Positions 11,710 to 22,823 of a DNA stretch of 64,000 bases are shown here, piece after piece. The number at the start of each line of letters is the position of its first letter. Positions within the stretch are counted from its first letter, which is position 1. Origin of the DNA: Ureaplasma sp. (GTDB lineage: Bacteria; Bacillota_I; Bacilli_A; Mycoplasmatales; Mycoplasmoidaceae); the NCBI GenBank assembly GCA_020024695.1, contig JAHHTK010000002.1:2103-66102 (forward strand), given 5' to 3'. Below the pieces are notes generated by a model. The model did no database searches and was not told the DNA's origin. It saw nothing but the letters and a program-made list of their open reading frames with translations. A program made the position numbers and the translations under genes.

Positions 11710-11776
11710 AACTTAGGCTCACGGTGCGATTGGTGTATTATCATCACCTTGCGTTAAGTTTTATATAACCATTATA
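11710..11776 (-). promoter_or_regulatory. rnj promoter -10 element and structured 5' leader
   Basis: TATAAT at 11771-11776 on the minus strand. A GC-richer stem-loop closed by AACTTA/TAAGTT lies at 11710-11760. Confidence 0.45.
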
Positions 11777-11879
11777 AACATAGAAATCATTAAAATCTAT
11801 TAAATTTTAAGAAGAATATAACAATTTATTTTTTTCATTTTTTTCGCTGTTTTTTTCGTTTAAAAATGGATTTTTCATA

Positions 11880-11980
11880 TATAATGAATAAGTCAATATG
11901 CTGAAGACAGTAACTGGTCTCTATCTACGATAGACACCCTAACTTGTTACCGAAGGATATACTTATCAGTGCTATTGATT
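11880..11980 (+). promoter_or_regulatory. rplJL promoter -10 element and L10 leader (autoregulatory RNA)
   Basis: TATAAT at 11880-11885. GAAGACAGTAAC...GTTACCGAAGG matches the pattern of Firmicute L10 leaders and sits upstream of rplJ. Confidence 0.75.
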
Positions 11981-12002
11981 ATTTCTAAAAGGAGATACAT
12001 CC

Positions 12003-12491
12003 ATGTCAAAAAACATCCAACCTAAAATTGAACTTGTTAACCAAGTTTCAGGTTGATTAAAAGATGCTAAATCATTTATCATCTTTGAATATGCAGGCTT
12101 GACTGATGACCAAATTGTCTCTTTAAGATTTGCTTTAAACAAAAGTATCGCAAAATTACACGTATTAAAAAACAATATTTTACGTCGTGCTTTAAAAGAA
12201 GCTAACCTTGAAGGCTTCGACACTTTAAGTGGCCCAAACGCAATTGCAATTGGTTCAGGTGATGAAATCGCACCTATTAAAGATGTTGTAGAAGCAGCTA
12301 AAAAATTCGGCTTCATCAAGACTAAAGCTGCATTTGTTGACGGTAGAGTTGTAACAGGCAGCGAAATTGATCAACTTGCATCTATTCCAGGTCGTGAAGG
12401 ACTTTACTCAATGTTTTTATCATGCCTTACTGCTCCAATCCGTAACTTCTTATACGGTTTAAAAGCTGTAGCTGAAAAAGAACAACAATAA
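12003..12491 (+). CDS. rplJ: 50S ribosomal protein L10
   Basis: AAGGAG SD and ATG at 12003. Motifs FEYAGLT, VLKNNILRRAL and LASIPGREGL. Confidence 0.95.
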
Positions 12492-12520
12492 GACACTCTA
12501 GAATAATTTAGGAAAAAATT

Positions 12521-12886
12521 ATGGCAAAATTAACAAACGAACAAATTATCGAATCATTAAAAGAAAGTTCATTATTAGAAATTATGGACTTAGTTAAAGC
12601 AGTTGAAGAAGCATTCGGCGTTAGTGCTGCTGCTCCAGTTGCTGTTGCAGCTGCAAGTGCTGCTGAAGAAGCTCCAACAAGCGTTAACGTTGTATTAGAA
12701 GACGCTGGCGCAAACAAAGTTGGTGTTATTAAATTAATCCGTGAAATTACAGGATTAGGTTTAATGGAAGCTAAAACAATGGCTGAAAAAGCTGGTGCAA
12801 TCGTAAAAGAAGATATGAAACCAGAAGAAGCAAAAGAATTAGTTGCAAAATTCGTTGAATTAGGTGCAAAAGCATCTGCAAAATAA
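12521..12886 (+). CDS. rplL: 50S ribosomal protein L7/L12
   Basis: Motifs [13 protein letters not shown] and [15 protein letters not shown]. Confidence 0.97.
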   Translation: MAKLTNEQIIESLKESSLLEIMDLVKAVEEAFGVSAAAPVAVAAASAAEEAPTSVNVVLEDAGANKVGVIKLIREITGLGLMEAKTMAEKAGAIVKEDMKPEEAKELVAKFVELGAKASAK

Positions 12887-12905
12887 TTTCATTTTGTGAT
12901 AATAG

Positions 12906-12938
12906 AAAAACTCGTTGGATAAAACCAGCGAGTTTTTT
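12906..12938. terminator. Bidirectional terminator between rplL and gapN
   Basis: AAAAACTCGTTGG-ATAAAA-CCAGCGAGTTTTTT between convergent genes. Confidence 0.85.
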
Positions 12939-12948
12939 GTTGTCTTAG

Positions 12949-14385
12949 TTACTTGTTTAAAATATACCCTTTAGTCTTGACCATGCTTTCGAGAGCTTCA
13001 CCAATACCTTGGGTTCCGAACCCAGATTCTTTAATGCCACTAAACGGAAAGATGTCAGGGCCTCTTGAAGTAATGCCATTTCAGTTGACACTGCCACATT
13101 CAATGAAAGCGGCATATTTAAGAAAATCGGCTTCTTGGTGACAGTAAATGGAAGCTTGTAGGCCATATTCACTTTGATTAATGACTTGAATGGCTTGAGT
13201 CACATCATCATAAATTTGGATTGGCAAGATTGGCCCAAATTGTTCTTGTCAAACAATCTCCATGTCATTGTTAACATGAACAATTAAACAAGGATAAACA
13301 TATAAATCATCAGTTTTAAAGTCTGGTAAAGCAGTCGCTCCTTTGGTTAAAGCATCGTTAACTAAACCTGATAAATAGTTAATGCTTTTGTGATCAATCA
13401 TGGGGGTTATCTCACAATCATCTAAAGCAGGACCAACTTTTAAATGTTTGATTTTAGTTAATAATAGTTTTACTAACTTATCATGGTTATGCTGACTAAC
13501 TAAGACTTTTTTAATAGCTGTGCACCGTTGCCCATTATAACTAAAAGCTCCCTTAATAATATCGTTAGCACACGCTTCTAAATCGGCATCATCAAGTACT
13601 AAACAGCAATCCTTACCACCCATTTCTAACACTAATTTGGTTTTAGAAACTGTTTGAGCAATTAAATTCCCAACCTTACTTGAACCTGTAAAGGTAATCA
13701 TTTTTACAATTTCATTATGATAAAGGTCTTCGCTTCCTTCAATATTAATGATTTGAACCATATTATTGCGAATGCCTGCTTGATAAACTAAATTAGCTAC
13801 ATAACTGGTAGTTAATTGTGCTTGGTGTGAACCTTTGATAATGACGGCATTCCCGACTAAATAGGCTGGGACTAATTTGGTCATTAATAAATTAATAGGA
13901 AAGTTAAACGGAACAATTCCTAACACTACTCCTAATGGTTCTTTTACAAAAATCCCTTTTTTGTGGAAATTATGGGTTCAATTTTCATCATCAATGACGG
14001 TTTTAGTTTGAAAAACTAAATCATAATAGCGAATAGTATCTGTTAAATATTGCACCGAGCGTTTGATTTCAGCAACACAATCACTATAACGTTTCCCAAT
14101 TTCTTGAGCCATAATAGTCGCTAATTCGTGTTGGTGATTTAATAATAATTCACCAAGTTTTCTAAGGTGATTTTTTCTTAATAAAACATCATCGGTTTGG
14201 GTTTGAAACGCTTGTTGTCCTGCTTGCAAAATTTGTGATAAGAAATGATGATTGTGTTTCAAATCATCATCTACATATCCTAAAATTTGGTGATCAAGAC
14301 TATAAACTGGTTGTGGATTTTGACCATAATGTAATTCATTTAAGTACAAAAATCCAAAGTTATTGTCTTTATTGTTGTGCATCAT
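12949..14385 (-). CDS. gapN: Aldehyde dehydrogenase, probable non-phosphorylating NADP-dependent GAPDH
   Basis: Motifs PFNFPINL, FTGSS, LEMGGKD, GAFSYNGQRCTA, EQFGPILP and RGPDIFPFSGIKESGFGTQGI; 478 aa. Confidence 0.8.
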
Positions 14386-15073
14386 TTGGCCCTTCTTGGG
14401 ATTCTAATGAATTTTGTTTTTGTTTTAATTGGCGACTAATTTGTACCATATAAATGATACCTGAAGCGATGGCTAACATCGCTGCTAAATAAATACATAA
14501 GTTGTTAATAGCTCAATAATATCAGCCAGAAACATTGGTACCTAAAAAGAAAATAAACACAATCCCAACCATCATGAAGATGGTTTTAATTTTGCCATAT
14601 CAGTTAGCAGGAACCACCACTTGTGATTTTGCTGCTAGCATCCGATATCCATCAATTACAATGTCCCGAATGACAAAGATTAAGGCTAGTCAAATTGGAA
14701 GATAATTTAAAGCCCCAAAACAAATTAAGACCGCATTGGTTAATAATTTATCAGCTAAAGGATCTCATAATTTCCCAAAGTCAGACACCCAATGATATTT
14801 CCGAGCTAAAAACCCATCTAAGAAATCAGTAATGGAAGCGATGATAAAGAAAATTCCTGCTGTTAAAAAACTCCCATTAATGCTGATTGTCACAATCCCA
14901 TCCATTGTTATTTGGTATAACGGAGTTTGTAGCCCTGGTGCGATGGTGGTCAAATTACTGATTAAAATAAAGATAATCACAATTGGCACTAACGCAATTC
15001 TAATCAATGTTAATCAATTGGGAATTGAAGCCTTAGTGGTTCATTGGGAATGAAAATGCTTGGTGGTTTTCAT
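14369..15073 (-). CDS. pgsA: CDP-diacylglycerol--glycerol-3-phosphate 3-phosphatidyltransferase
   Basis: Motifs IPNWLTLIRI and ASITDFLDGFLARK...SDFGKLWDPLADK. Confidence 0.93.
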
Positions 15074-15075
15074 AA

Positions 15076-16425
15076 TTAGAATAATAAGTTACCAGTGGTT
15101 CGTGGGAAAGGAATAACATCCCGAATGTTATTGACCCCAGTTACATACATAATTAAACGTTCAAATCCTAAACCGAAGCCACTTGACATGTAATAACCAT
15201 ATCTTCTTAAGTCTAAATATCATTGTAATGGTTCGAGTGACATGTTTAATTCATTACAACGGGCGGTTAATTTTTCATAACTAGCTTCCCGTTGACTACC
15301 ACCGATTAATTCCCCAATTCCTGGGACTAATAAGTCAGTAGCAGCTACAGTTCTATTATCTGGGTTTTGGTACATATAAAAGGCTTTAATTTCTTTTGGA
15401 TAGTTCATTAAGAACAATGGACCTTGCACTACTTGTTCACATAAATAACGTTCGTGTTCACTAGCTAAATCCATACCAAAGAAAATGTTTTTGTCTTCAA
15501 ATTCAAAACCATTAGCAACAGCTTGTTTTAAGATTTCAATTCCTTGAGCGTAGTCCATTTTAGCATAATCTTTTTCTAATAAGTTAGCTAAACGAGTGTT
15601 TAAATCTTTATCAACTCATTGGTTAAAGAAAGCAATTTCATCAGGACATTTTTGTTGGTATTCCCGAATGACGTATTTCAACATATCTTCAGCAACGTGA
15701 ATTAAACCGTTTAAATCGGTATTTGCCATTTCTGGTTCGACCATTCAGAATTCGGCAGCGTGACGGTTGGTATGACTTTTTTCAGCTCTAAAGGTTGGTC
15801 CAAAAGTATATACATTTTTAAAAGCTTGAGCATAAGCTTCGGCTTGTAATTGACCTGTTACGGTTAAACAAGCTGGCTTGATAAAGAATGGATCTTTTGG
15901 ATCATCAACTAATTTAAAAGTTTCGCCAGCTCCTTCCCCATCATTACTTGTAATTAATGGCGAAGCGACTCACACAAAGTTGTTAGTTTGGAAATAGGAG
16001 TGGATTGCAAATGCTAAAACACTTCTGACTTTCATAACAGCACTAAATAAATTGGTCTTTGGTCTTAAGTGGGCAATTTCTCTTAAGAATTCTACACTGT
16101 GACGTTTCTTTTGTAATGGATAGTCTTCATCACATTGTTTTAATAAAACTACTTCTTGAGCGACAATTTCAAATGGTTGGGCAGCGTTTTCAGTAATTTT
16201 AATGCTTCCGATTACTTTAATGGTTGCCCCAGTTCGGGCCGCACTTGCTTGATCGAAACCAATGGTGTCTTGTTTATAAACAACTTGAACAGGAGTAAAG
16301 CAAGTTCCATCAGTTAATGAAATAAATCCAATCGCTCCACTATTACGATTTGATTTTACATAACCAATAACTTCAATGACATCACTAAGTTCTTGATAGT
16401 TTTTGTGTAATTCTGCAATAATCAT
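15076..16425 (-). CDS. asnS: Asparagine--tRNA ligase
   Basis: Motifs [47 protein letters not shown] and GFGLGFER. Confidence 0.97.
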
Positions 16426-16436
16426 TTTCTTTCTCC

Positions 16437-17573
16437 TTATTTGTTTTGCATCATTTGTTGAATTTGAGCCACTTTATCTAAACGTTCTCATGGTAAATCA
16501 ATATCTGTTCGGCCAAAGTGACCATAGGTAGCGGTTTGTTTAAAGTGAGGTTGGTTACCTTCTAATTGTTTAATCATGCCTGAAACACTTAAATCAAAGC
16601 ATTGGTTAATAACATCATAAATTTGACTTAATGGGACGTGGTTAGTATTAGTATGTACATTGATTGCAATCGGTTTAGTAATCCCGATTCCAAACGCTAA
16701 TTGAATTTCTAATTTATCAGCTAATCCAGCTGCAACTAAGTTTTTAGCAATATAACGAGCCATATAACTACCAGTACGGTCTACTTTAGTGGCATCCTTA
16801 CCACTAAAAGCACCCCCACCATGACGACCAATGCCACCATAGGTATCAACAATGATTTTTCTACCTGTTAAGCCAGTGTCACCAATGGGACCCCCAATAA
16901 TGAATTTGCCACTTGGGTTAATAATCTTTTTAAAATCATGGTTTAAATGGTATTGAGCAGCAACTTGGTCCATAATTTGACTAATGAATTTTTCAATTTG
17001 AGCTTGGGAAACATTTTCATCATGTTGGACACTCATTAACATGGTGTCAATTGAAAGTTGGTTTTCATTACTGTAATCAATGGTAACTTGACTTTTCGTG
17101 TCAGCTTTTAATCAATTGACAACATGGTTTAACCGAGCTTGTTCTACTTGTTTAACTAATTCATGACTTAAAACAATTGGTAAAGGCATATATTCTGGCG
17201 TTTCATTGGTAGCATAACCAAAAACAATCCCTTGGTCCCCTGCCCCAATTTCTCCATTATTTTTAACAACAGCTTGGTTAATATCAGCACTTTGTTTATT
17301 TACATTAGAGATGATGGTAAAGTCGTTTTCATCATAACCTAATGGTTTTAAAATGTCTCATGCGGTTTGGACAATATCAACATAACCAGAAGTGGTAATT
17401 TCACCCCCGATAACAATTAAACGGTTGCTAGCAAAGACTTCACAAGCCACTTTCGCATGGGGATCAACTTTTAAGCACGCATCTAAGACAGCATCACTAA
17501 TTTGATCACAAATTTTGTCAGGGTGGCCAGGACCGACCGACTCACTAGTAATTAAATTTTTAACTTCAATCAT
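16437..17573 (-). CDS. metK: S-adenosylmethionine synthetase
   Basis: Motifs [25 protein letters not shown] and GGGAFSGKD. Confidence 0.97.
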
Positions 17574-17576
17574 AAG

Positions 17577-18545
17577 CTACCTTTCATTTGAATTTTGGTC
17601 ACGATAAGCAAGCACTAAATTTCCATAATATGCAATCATGGCTGCATTATCACCTGAATATTTTCGTTCTACTAAATGCACTTGGGCATCTAATTTTGCT
17701 AATTCTTGTTTTAAATAAGAGTTAGCTGCCACGCCCCCTCCGACCGAGACGACATGGATAACGTATTGATTTAAATAATATTTGAGTTTCTTAATAATTT
17801 CGCCAATGGCAAACTTTTGAAAAGATGACCCAATCGCAATGGCATCAATGGGTTCGTGATGAATTTGTTTTTGATAAATATAATTAATAACTGCTGTTTT
17901 TAGTCCAGAGAAACTGAACCGATTAAAGGCAGCATCTGAATTAATAAAATGAATATTGGCTTTAGCTTCATCAAAAAAACCATCAATTTTAGGTCCTCCT
18001 GGGTAAGGATAACCTAACTTCCGTGCCACTTTATCGAAGACTTCACCCACAGCATCATCAGCCGTATCATTTAATCTAACAATATCGACAGGCGAGTTTA
18101 CTAAATAAATACAGGTCTCACCCCCAGAAACTACTAAACCTAAAAAAGGATAAGTGGGAGTTTGACCGATTCACCCTGAAAACAAATGGCCATACAAATG
18201 GTTAAGCCCAATAACTGGAACTTTTAACACATCACCTAATTGATGACTAAAGACTTTGCCAACCATCACTGACCCTGGCAACCCTGGTTCAGCACTATAC
18301 ACAATCGCATCAAGGTCTTGATAGTTCATGTCAGCCATCTTCAATGTTTTTTCCACAGCTTCATGAATAAATGCTAAGTGGTAGCGAGCAGCTAATTCTG
18401 GAACCACCCCACCATAACTAGCTTGGTAGGGATATGATGTATAAATGGTATGAGCTATCAAATTACCACAAAAAATACATGCTGATGTTTCATCACATGT
18501 TGATTCAATTGCTAAAATAACTTTATAGGCATCTTTTTGTTGCAT
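17577..18545 (-). CDS. tsaD: tRNA N6-adenosine threonylcarbamoyltransferase
   Basis: Motifs ILAIESTCDET, GGVVPELAAR, HLYGH, VSGG, DDAVGEVFDK, FSFSGLKT and DNAAMIA. Confidence 0.93.
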
Positions 18546-18583
18546 AATTAAACTAAATTATATATATATTTTAATAATAAATT

Positions 18584-19495
18584 ATGATGAAAACAACTAT
18601 TTTTAAGAAAAATAAATTAACCAAAAATGATAAGGAATATTTAAATAATTTAAGTGTGCACCACAACCTGATTATTAATAAAAAAGTCTTGTTTGTAGCC
18701 CTTTATAAAAACTATAGTCCAACCTTTATTATTAATAAATTAGGGAGTTATTTTTATGATCCTCATATGTCAGTTGGGTTAAATTATAGTTTTATTAAAG
18801 GGATTAAGGCGTCTGATCTCATTGCTTTGTTTGGGTTAGAAAAACTTTTGTCTTCAGCCTTTTTAGATTTAAGTTTAGATATTGAGCGTCGCTTTAAGGC
18901 GAGCATTATTGACACTATCTTAGACTATACCCAAGAATATAATGTGGCTTTTGATTTTTCAAACCGCTTTTTCTGTCCTTTACAAAACCAAGAATTGCAA
19001 ACCTTAATGCAAGAAATTTATCATAAAAATGAAACTGAAATTCAAGAACAAGATTTATTAACACCAGTGCGATTATTAATCTTTAATATGAGTTTTGGAG
19101 CGACTATTGATTTATTTAACCACTTAAATGACCATTTAAAACAATTGATTGTGGCAAAATGACCCCAATTTAATAATCAAATTAGCAATTTAGCAGCCAT
19201 GATTAGAATGGTAAAAGAATTACGAAACTGTTTGGCACACGGTGAACTGTTGATCAACTTTGCTACTGAAATGCCACTTGAAATTCAAAAACAATTGCAA
19301 TTTGATTTAAGTGAACACCAACACCTAGCCCATCTATACCCTGTTATTTATGGGATGGACTATTATTTTTGTCACCATAATCCCGACCAACAAGGAATAT
19401 CTTTACTCAACGATATTTTTAATTTATTTAGTTTTTCATCACCAGCTCAAACTTGTTTAAGACATTACTTAGATTTACCTAGTAAAGTTAAATAA
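18584..19495 (+). CDS. Abi family (AbiD/AbiF-like, HEPN) protein
   Basis: Two ORFs join through TGA at 19160; 303 aa. LDIERRFKASI, MSFGA and the R-x4-H motif LRNCLAH resemble Abi_2/HEPN proteins. Confidence 0.65.
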
Positions 19496-19503
19496 CGACA
19501 GAT

Positions 19504-19535
19504 AAAAAGGAAATACTGAATGTATTTCCTTTTTT
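19504..19535. terminator. Bidirectional terminator between the abi gene and the tRNA-Trp pair
   Basis: AAAAAGGAAATAC-TGAAT-GTATTTCCTTTTTT. Confidence 0.85.
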
Positions 19536-19596
19536 CTACTTAAGATTTCTATGCCATTTATTAGAAACCCAAGCTAGAAGTATGTTTCTAATAAAT

Positions 19597-19670
19597 TGGC
19601 AGAGGTAGTAGGAATCGAACCTACATTAATAGTTTTGGAGACTACGGTTTTACCTTTAAACTATACCTCT
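19597..19670 (-). tRNA. tRNA-Trp (CCA)
   Basis: Cloverleaf AGAGGTA...GTAGT-CT CCA AA-ACTAT...GTTCGATTC...TACCTCT G CCA. Confidence 0.95.
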
Positions 19671-19673
19671 ATG

Positions 19674-19701
19674 AAAAAAAGATAGTCATAACTATCTTTT
19701 T
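19674..19701 (-). terminator. Terminator/attenuator between the two tRNA-Trp genes
   Basis: Minus strand AAAAAGATAGT-TATG-ACTATCTTTTTTT. Confidence 0.75.
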
Positions 19702-19711
19702 AGCTATAAAA

Positions 19712-19785
19712 TGGCAGGGGTAATAGGAATCGAACCCATATAGACGGTTTTGAAGACCGTTGTTCTGCCCTTGAACTATACCCCT
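19712..19785 (-). tRNA. tRNA-Trp (UCA), UGA-decoding
   Basis: AGGGGTA...ACGGT-CT TCA AA-ACCGT...TACCCCT G CCA; 74 nt, class I, paralogous to the neighbouring tRNA-Trp(CCA). Confidence 0.95.
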
Positions 19786-19803
19786 AATTTATATAACACG
19801 TTT

Positions 19804-19831
19804 ATTATACATAACCCTGAAAAAATTTCAA
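19804..19831 (-). promoter_or_regulatory. Sigma-70-type promoter of the tRNA-Trp operon
   Basis: TTGAAA (19826-19831), 16-nt spacer, TATAAT (19804-19809). Confidence 0.65.
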
Positions 19832-19900
19832 TATGAATTATGGGTTATTCAAGGGCGAATAGAACAAAAATATTAAAAAATTTGTTTTAAAGATATGGTT

Positions 19901-21223
19901 TTAATCCATGTATAGTCAAGGTGTGTGCTCTGATGAAATTTGAGAACCTGATTGATCTTCATCTTTGTTAGAATCTGATTGTTCTGAACTTGATTGTCAA
20001 TCATCTTCAATTCCAGCACCAGGTTTTACTGAATCATCAACCACAGGATTGCTATCTGGGCCAAAGGCGTTTTCTAAGAAATCAGGAAATTTAACAACTT
20101 CAAACTTCTTTCTTAACAAAATAAAGATGTTTCGCATATCGCTATCATGATCATAAAAGTCACTCTTTTCAATCCCTGTAAAATCTAAAATAATTTCTTT
20201 ATTTGGATAAAACAAGTTCCGATAATCATCTAAAAATAAATCTAAGACCTTAAGATAATCTTGGTTAAAATATGGTTTAAAGAATTCGATACCGTTGATA
20301 TAAATAGAGGCAATTGTCATATCTCCACTGCCACTGGTTGGGGTATCATGATAATCATAAAGAGGTCGGTTAACAATCGGTTCTTTTGGTTGTCAAGGAT
20401 GACATAAATTGGATTTAGTTAAGACTTTGGGAGCAAGGTAATTGACTGCCCGAGGTAAATCCACATTACTAATATTACAATTACTAATCATATCCTTGTC
20501 AATACTGGTTAGGTTAGCAGGTAGATTAAGCCGATATGACAAACAATGATTTAAACGCAACTGAAATTGACTATTATCAACAATATTTGGTAATTCAAAA
20601 TCACTTCGTTCTAAATTCATATTGTTTAGTTCAATTTTTAAGTTAGCCACATTAGCATAGCGATCAAAATTTAGTGAATCAACTAAAGCATTGTCTAATT
20701 TAAAATGGACAGCACTGTTGGGACTACTCTTAACACTTGGCAATTCTCAACGGATAAAATCTCCATCAGATAAATCTAGTTTCAATTCGCTGAATTGATT
20801 TACATTAGCTTCTCATGATGATAAATATGAATCTGGTTGAAGTCCATATAAAAGGTATGGTGTTGGAGAAAATTGATCAGCTTTAATTGATAAACTTGAC
20901 ACTGACCTAGGAATAAAAACATAACTAAAACGTACCTGTAAATCTTTTAGTTTTGTTAAATCTAAATTAACAGTTTGAATCCCTTCAGGGATTACTAAAA
21001 ATCTTTCATATACATGTCCTGGATACGTAGCACCAATAAACATATCTTCTTCAAGTAATCTCACATAAGGTAAATAGTCTTCATTCTTAAAATTGGTTGT
21101 ATCAAAAGTTCTGGAACTACTTTCATCACTTGCACAAGCATTTAAACAAATGGCTGCCCCTGGAATTACTAAACTAATTCCAATCGCACTCGTGATCAAT
21201 TTAGTTGTTTTGTTAATTTTCAT
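19901..21223 (-). CDS. Lipoprotein, BspA/LRR-like paralog A
   Basis: Signal peptide with lipobox LNAC. Three fragments are in frame; 440 aa. Homologous to paralogs B and C (FDT..F, YVR, IPE...LNLDLT.LK.L). Confidence 0.75.
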
Positions 21224-21242
21224 CGCTTATTCTTTCTGAATT

Positions 21243-22517
21243 TTAATATGGTCAACCTGGGTATTCATTAGGATAATTATTATGGTTTTCTTGAGAATCA
21301 ACTCTAAAGAGTGGTTTTCCATTATGTCAACTATCACTAATATAATTTGGATCTTTACTAGCGAAATTCGGTAATAAGACATCACCGATTTTTGTATTTA
21401 ATTCATTACAAAGATTAAACATAAAGTTTTTATCATAATAAAATTCTTCATTTGAAATTCTTCTAAAATCAAAGGTTAATTTGTGATCGTTTGAAGCAGA
21501 ATTTTGATTTTCACTAAACATTTCTACCGCTTTAGTCGCAGATTGCTTAAAATATGGTCTAAAGACATCTATATTGTCAAAAACAATTTTGCTTGAAGCT
21601 TTTTTATCATAATTATCAAAGCTAGGGTTACAAATACTATTCACACTAAAAGCAAACGGTTCAATCGTTTTAATTGAACTTGGAATTGTTATATTTTCAA
21701 TATAGCAATTATTGAATAAATCAGTTTTAATTGTTTCTAAATTGTCTGGTAATCAAGGTAAATGCTCAAATTGACAATTATTAAAACTTAATTTAAATTT
21801 TTCTTCATCAACTATCCTTGGTAATGATATGCTCACAAATTTCCATTTCAAATTTGATAATTCAATGTCAACATTAAAAACATTTGAATATTTATTAAGA
21901 TTAAAGTCTGCAGAACTAATATTGTCAAGTTTAAATTTTACTGAACTATCGTTTCCACTTTTAACATATGGAAAATCTCAATATCTGTAACTACCATTAC
22001 TTAATTCAACATTAAGTCGGTCTAACTGATTTAAATTATTAGGTCTAAAAGATGGAAAATTTTTTTCTTCTTGACCATATAAAATGTTAGTAATGTCGTA
22101 ATTATTATCAGATTTAATAGTTAAATCAGTAACAGACGCTGGGATAATAATATACTCAAATCTAATATTTAAATTCTTAAGCATGGTTAAATCTAAATTC
22201 AATGTTTCTGTCTTTTCAGGAACAATTAAGACATCTATTCAGTTTGAATCGTTATTACCAACGAATTGTCCCACACGACCTGATCTAACATAAGGCATAA
22301 AGTCTTTATCAGTGGAAAACTTAGATGTATCAAAAACTTTTGATTTATTGTTTTCAGTTACAGTTGATTCAGGTTGGTCTGGTTGGCCAGAAACTGAGTC
22401 AACTGAAGGCTTTTCTTCACTACAAGCATTTAATGCAACAGCACAAATAGGTGTTATCACAGTCACACCAATTAAACTAGCAATACCAAGCCAAAACTTT
22501 TTATTTTTCTGTTTCAT
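21243..22517 (-). CDS. Lipoprotein, BspA/LRR-like paralog B
   Basis: Lipobox LNAC. LPDNLETIKTDLFNNCYIENITIPSSIKTIEPFAF is a TpLRR-like repeat; 424 aa. Confidence 0.8.
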
Positions 22518-22531
22518 ATTAACCTCTTTTT

Positions 22532-22823
22532 TGAATCGTTTAAGAAAAAATTGACACTTTTTAAGACTTAAAAGGTGCCTAATTTATCCATTGATTATAT
22601 TTTAACAAACCTGATAAAACCGAATTTGAATTACCCATAAATTTAGGTTAAATATGAGTACTTTATACCTTTTATTTATCCCGTGAAGCATTTGTGGTCA
22701 TTCTGACTGTTTTCTCCATTTTTTCCTTTAGAAAAATCTTTTTTGGACTGTCCAATTTATCTTGAACGTTTCAGAAAAACCTCTAAATTATCAAAAAGTG
22801 TCCAATTTTTCTTAAATGATACA
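22532..22823. mobile_element. IS3-family-like remnant / MITE (292 bp) with nested inverted repeats and no transposase
   Basis: TG...CA termini. Left end TGAATCGTTTAAGAAAAAATTGACACTTTTT and reverse-complemented right end TGTATCATTTAAGAAAAATTGGACACTTTTT are 27/31 identical. A third IR copy lies at 22748-22773. Confidence 0.75.

Noticed and set aside
11710..11760. SRP (4.5S) RNA or a known riboswitch
   Set aside because: No GGAA tetraloop with CAGG/AGCA internal loop, and no riboswitch consensus that I recognise.
19712..19785. tRNA with UCA anticodon as tRNA-Sec
   Set aside because: It is a 74-nt class I structure paralogous to tRNA-Trp(CCA), with no long arm or extended acceptor stem.
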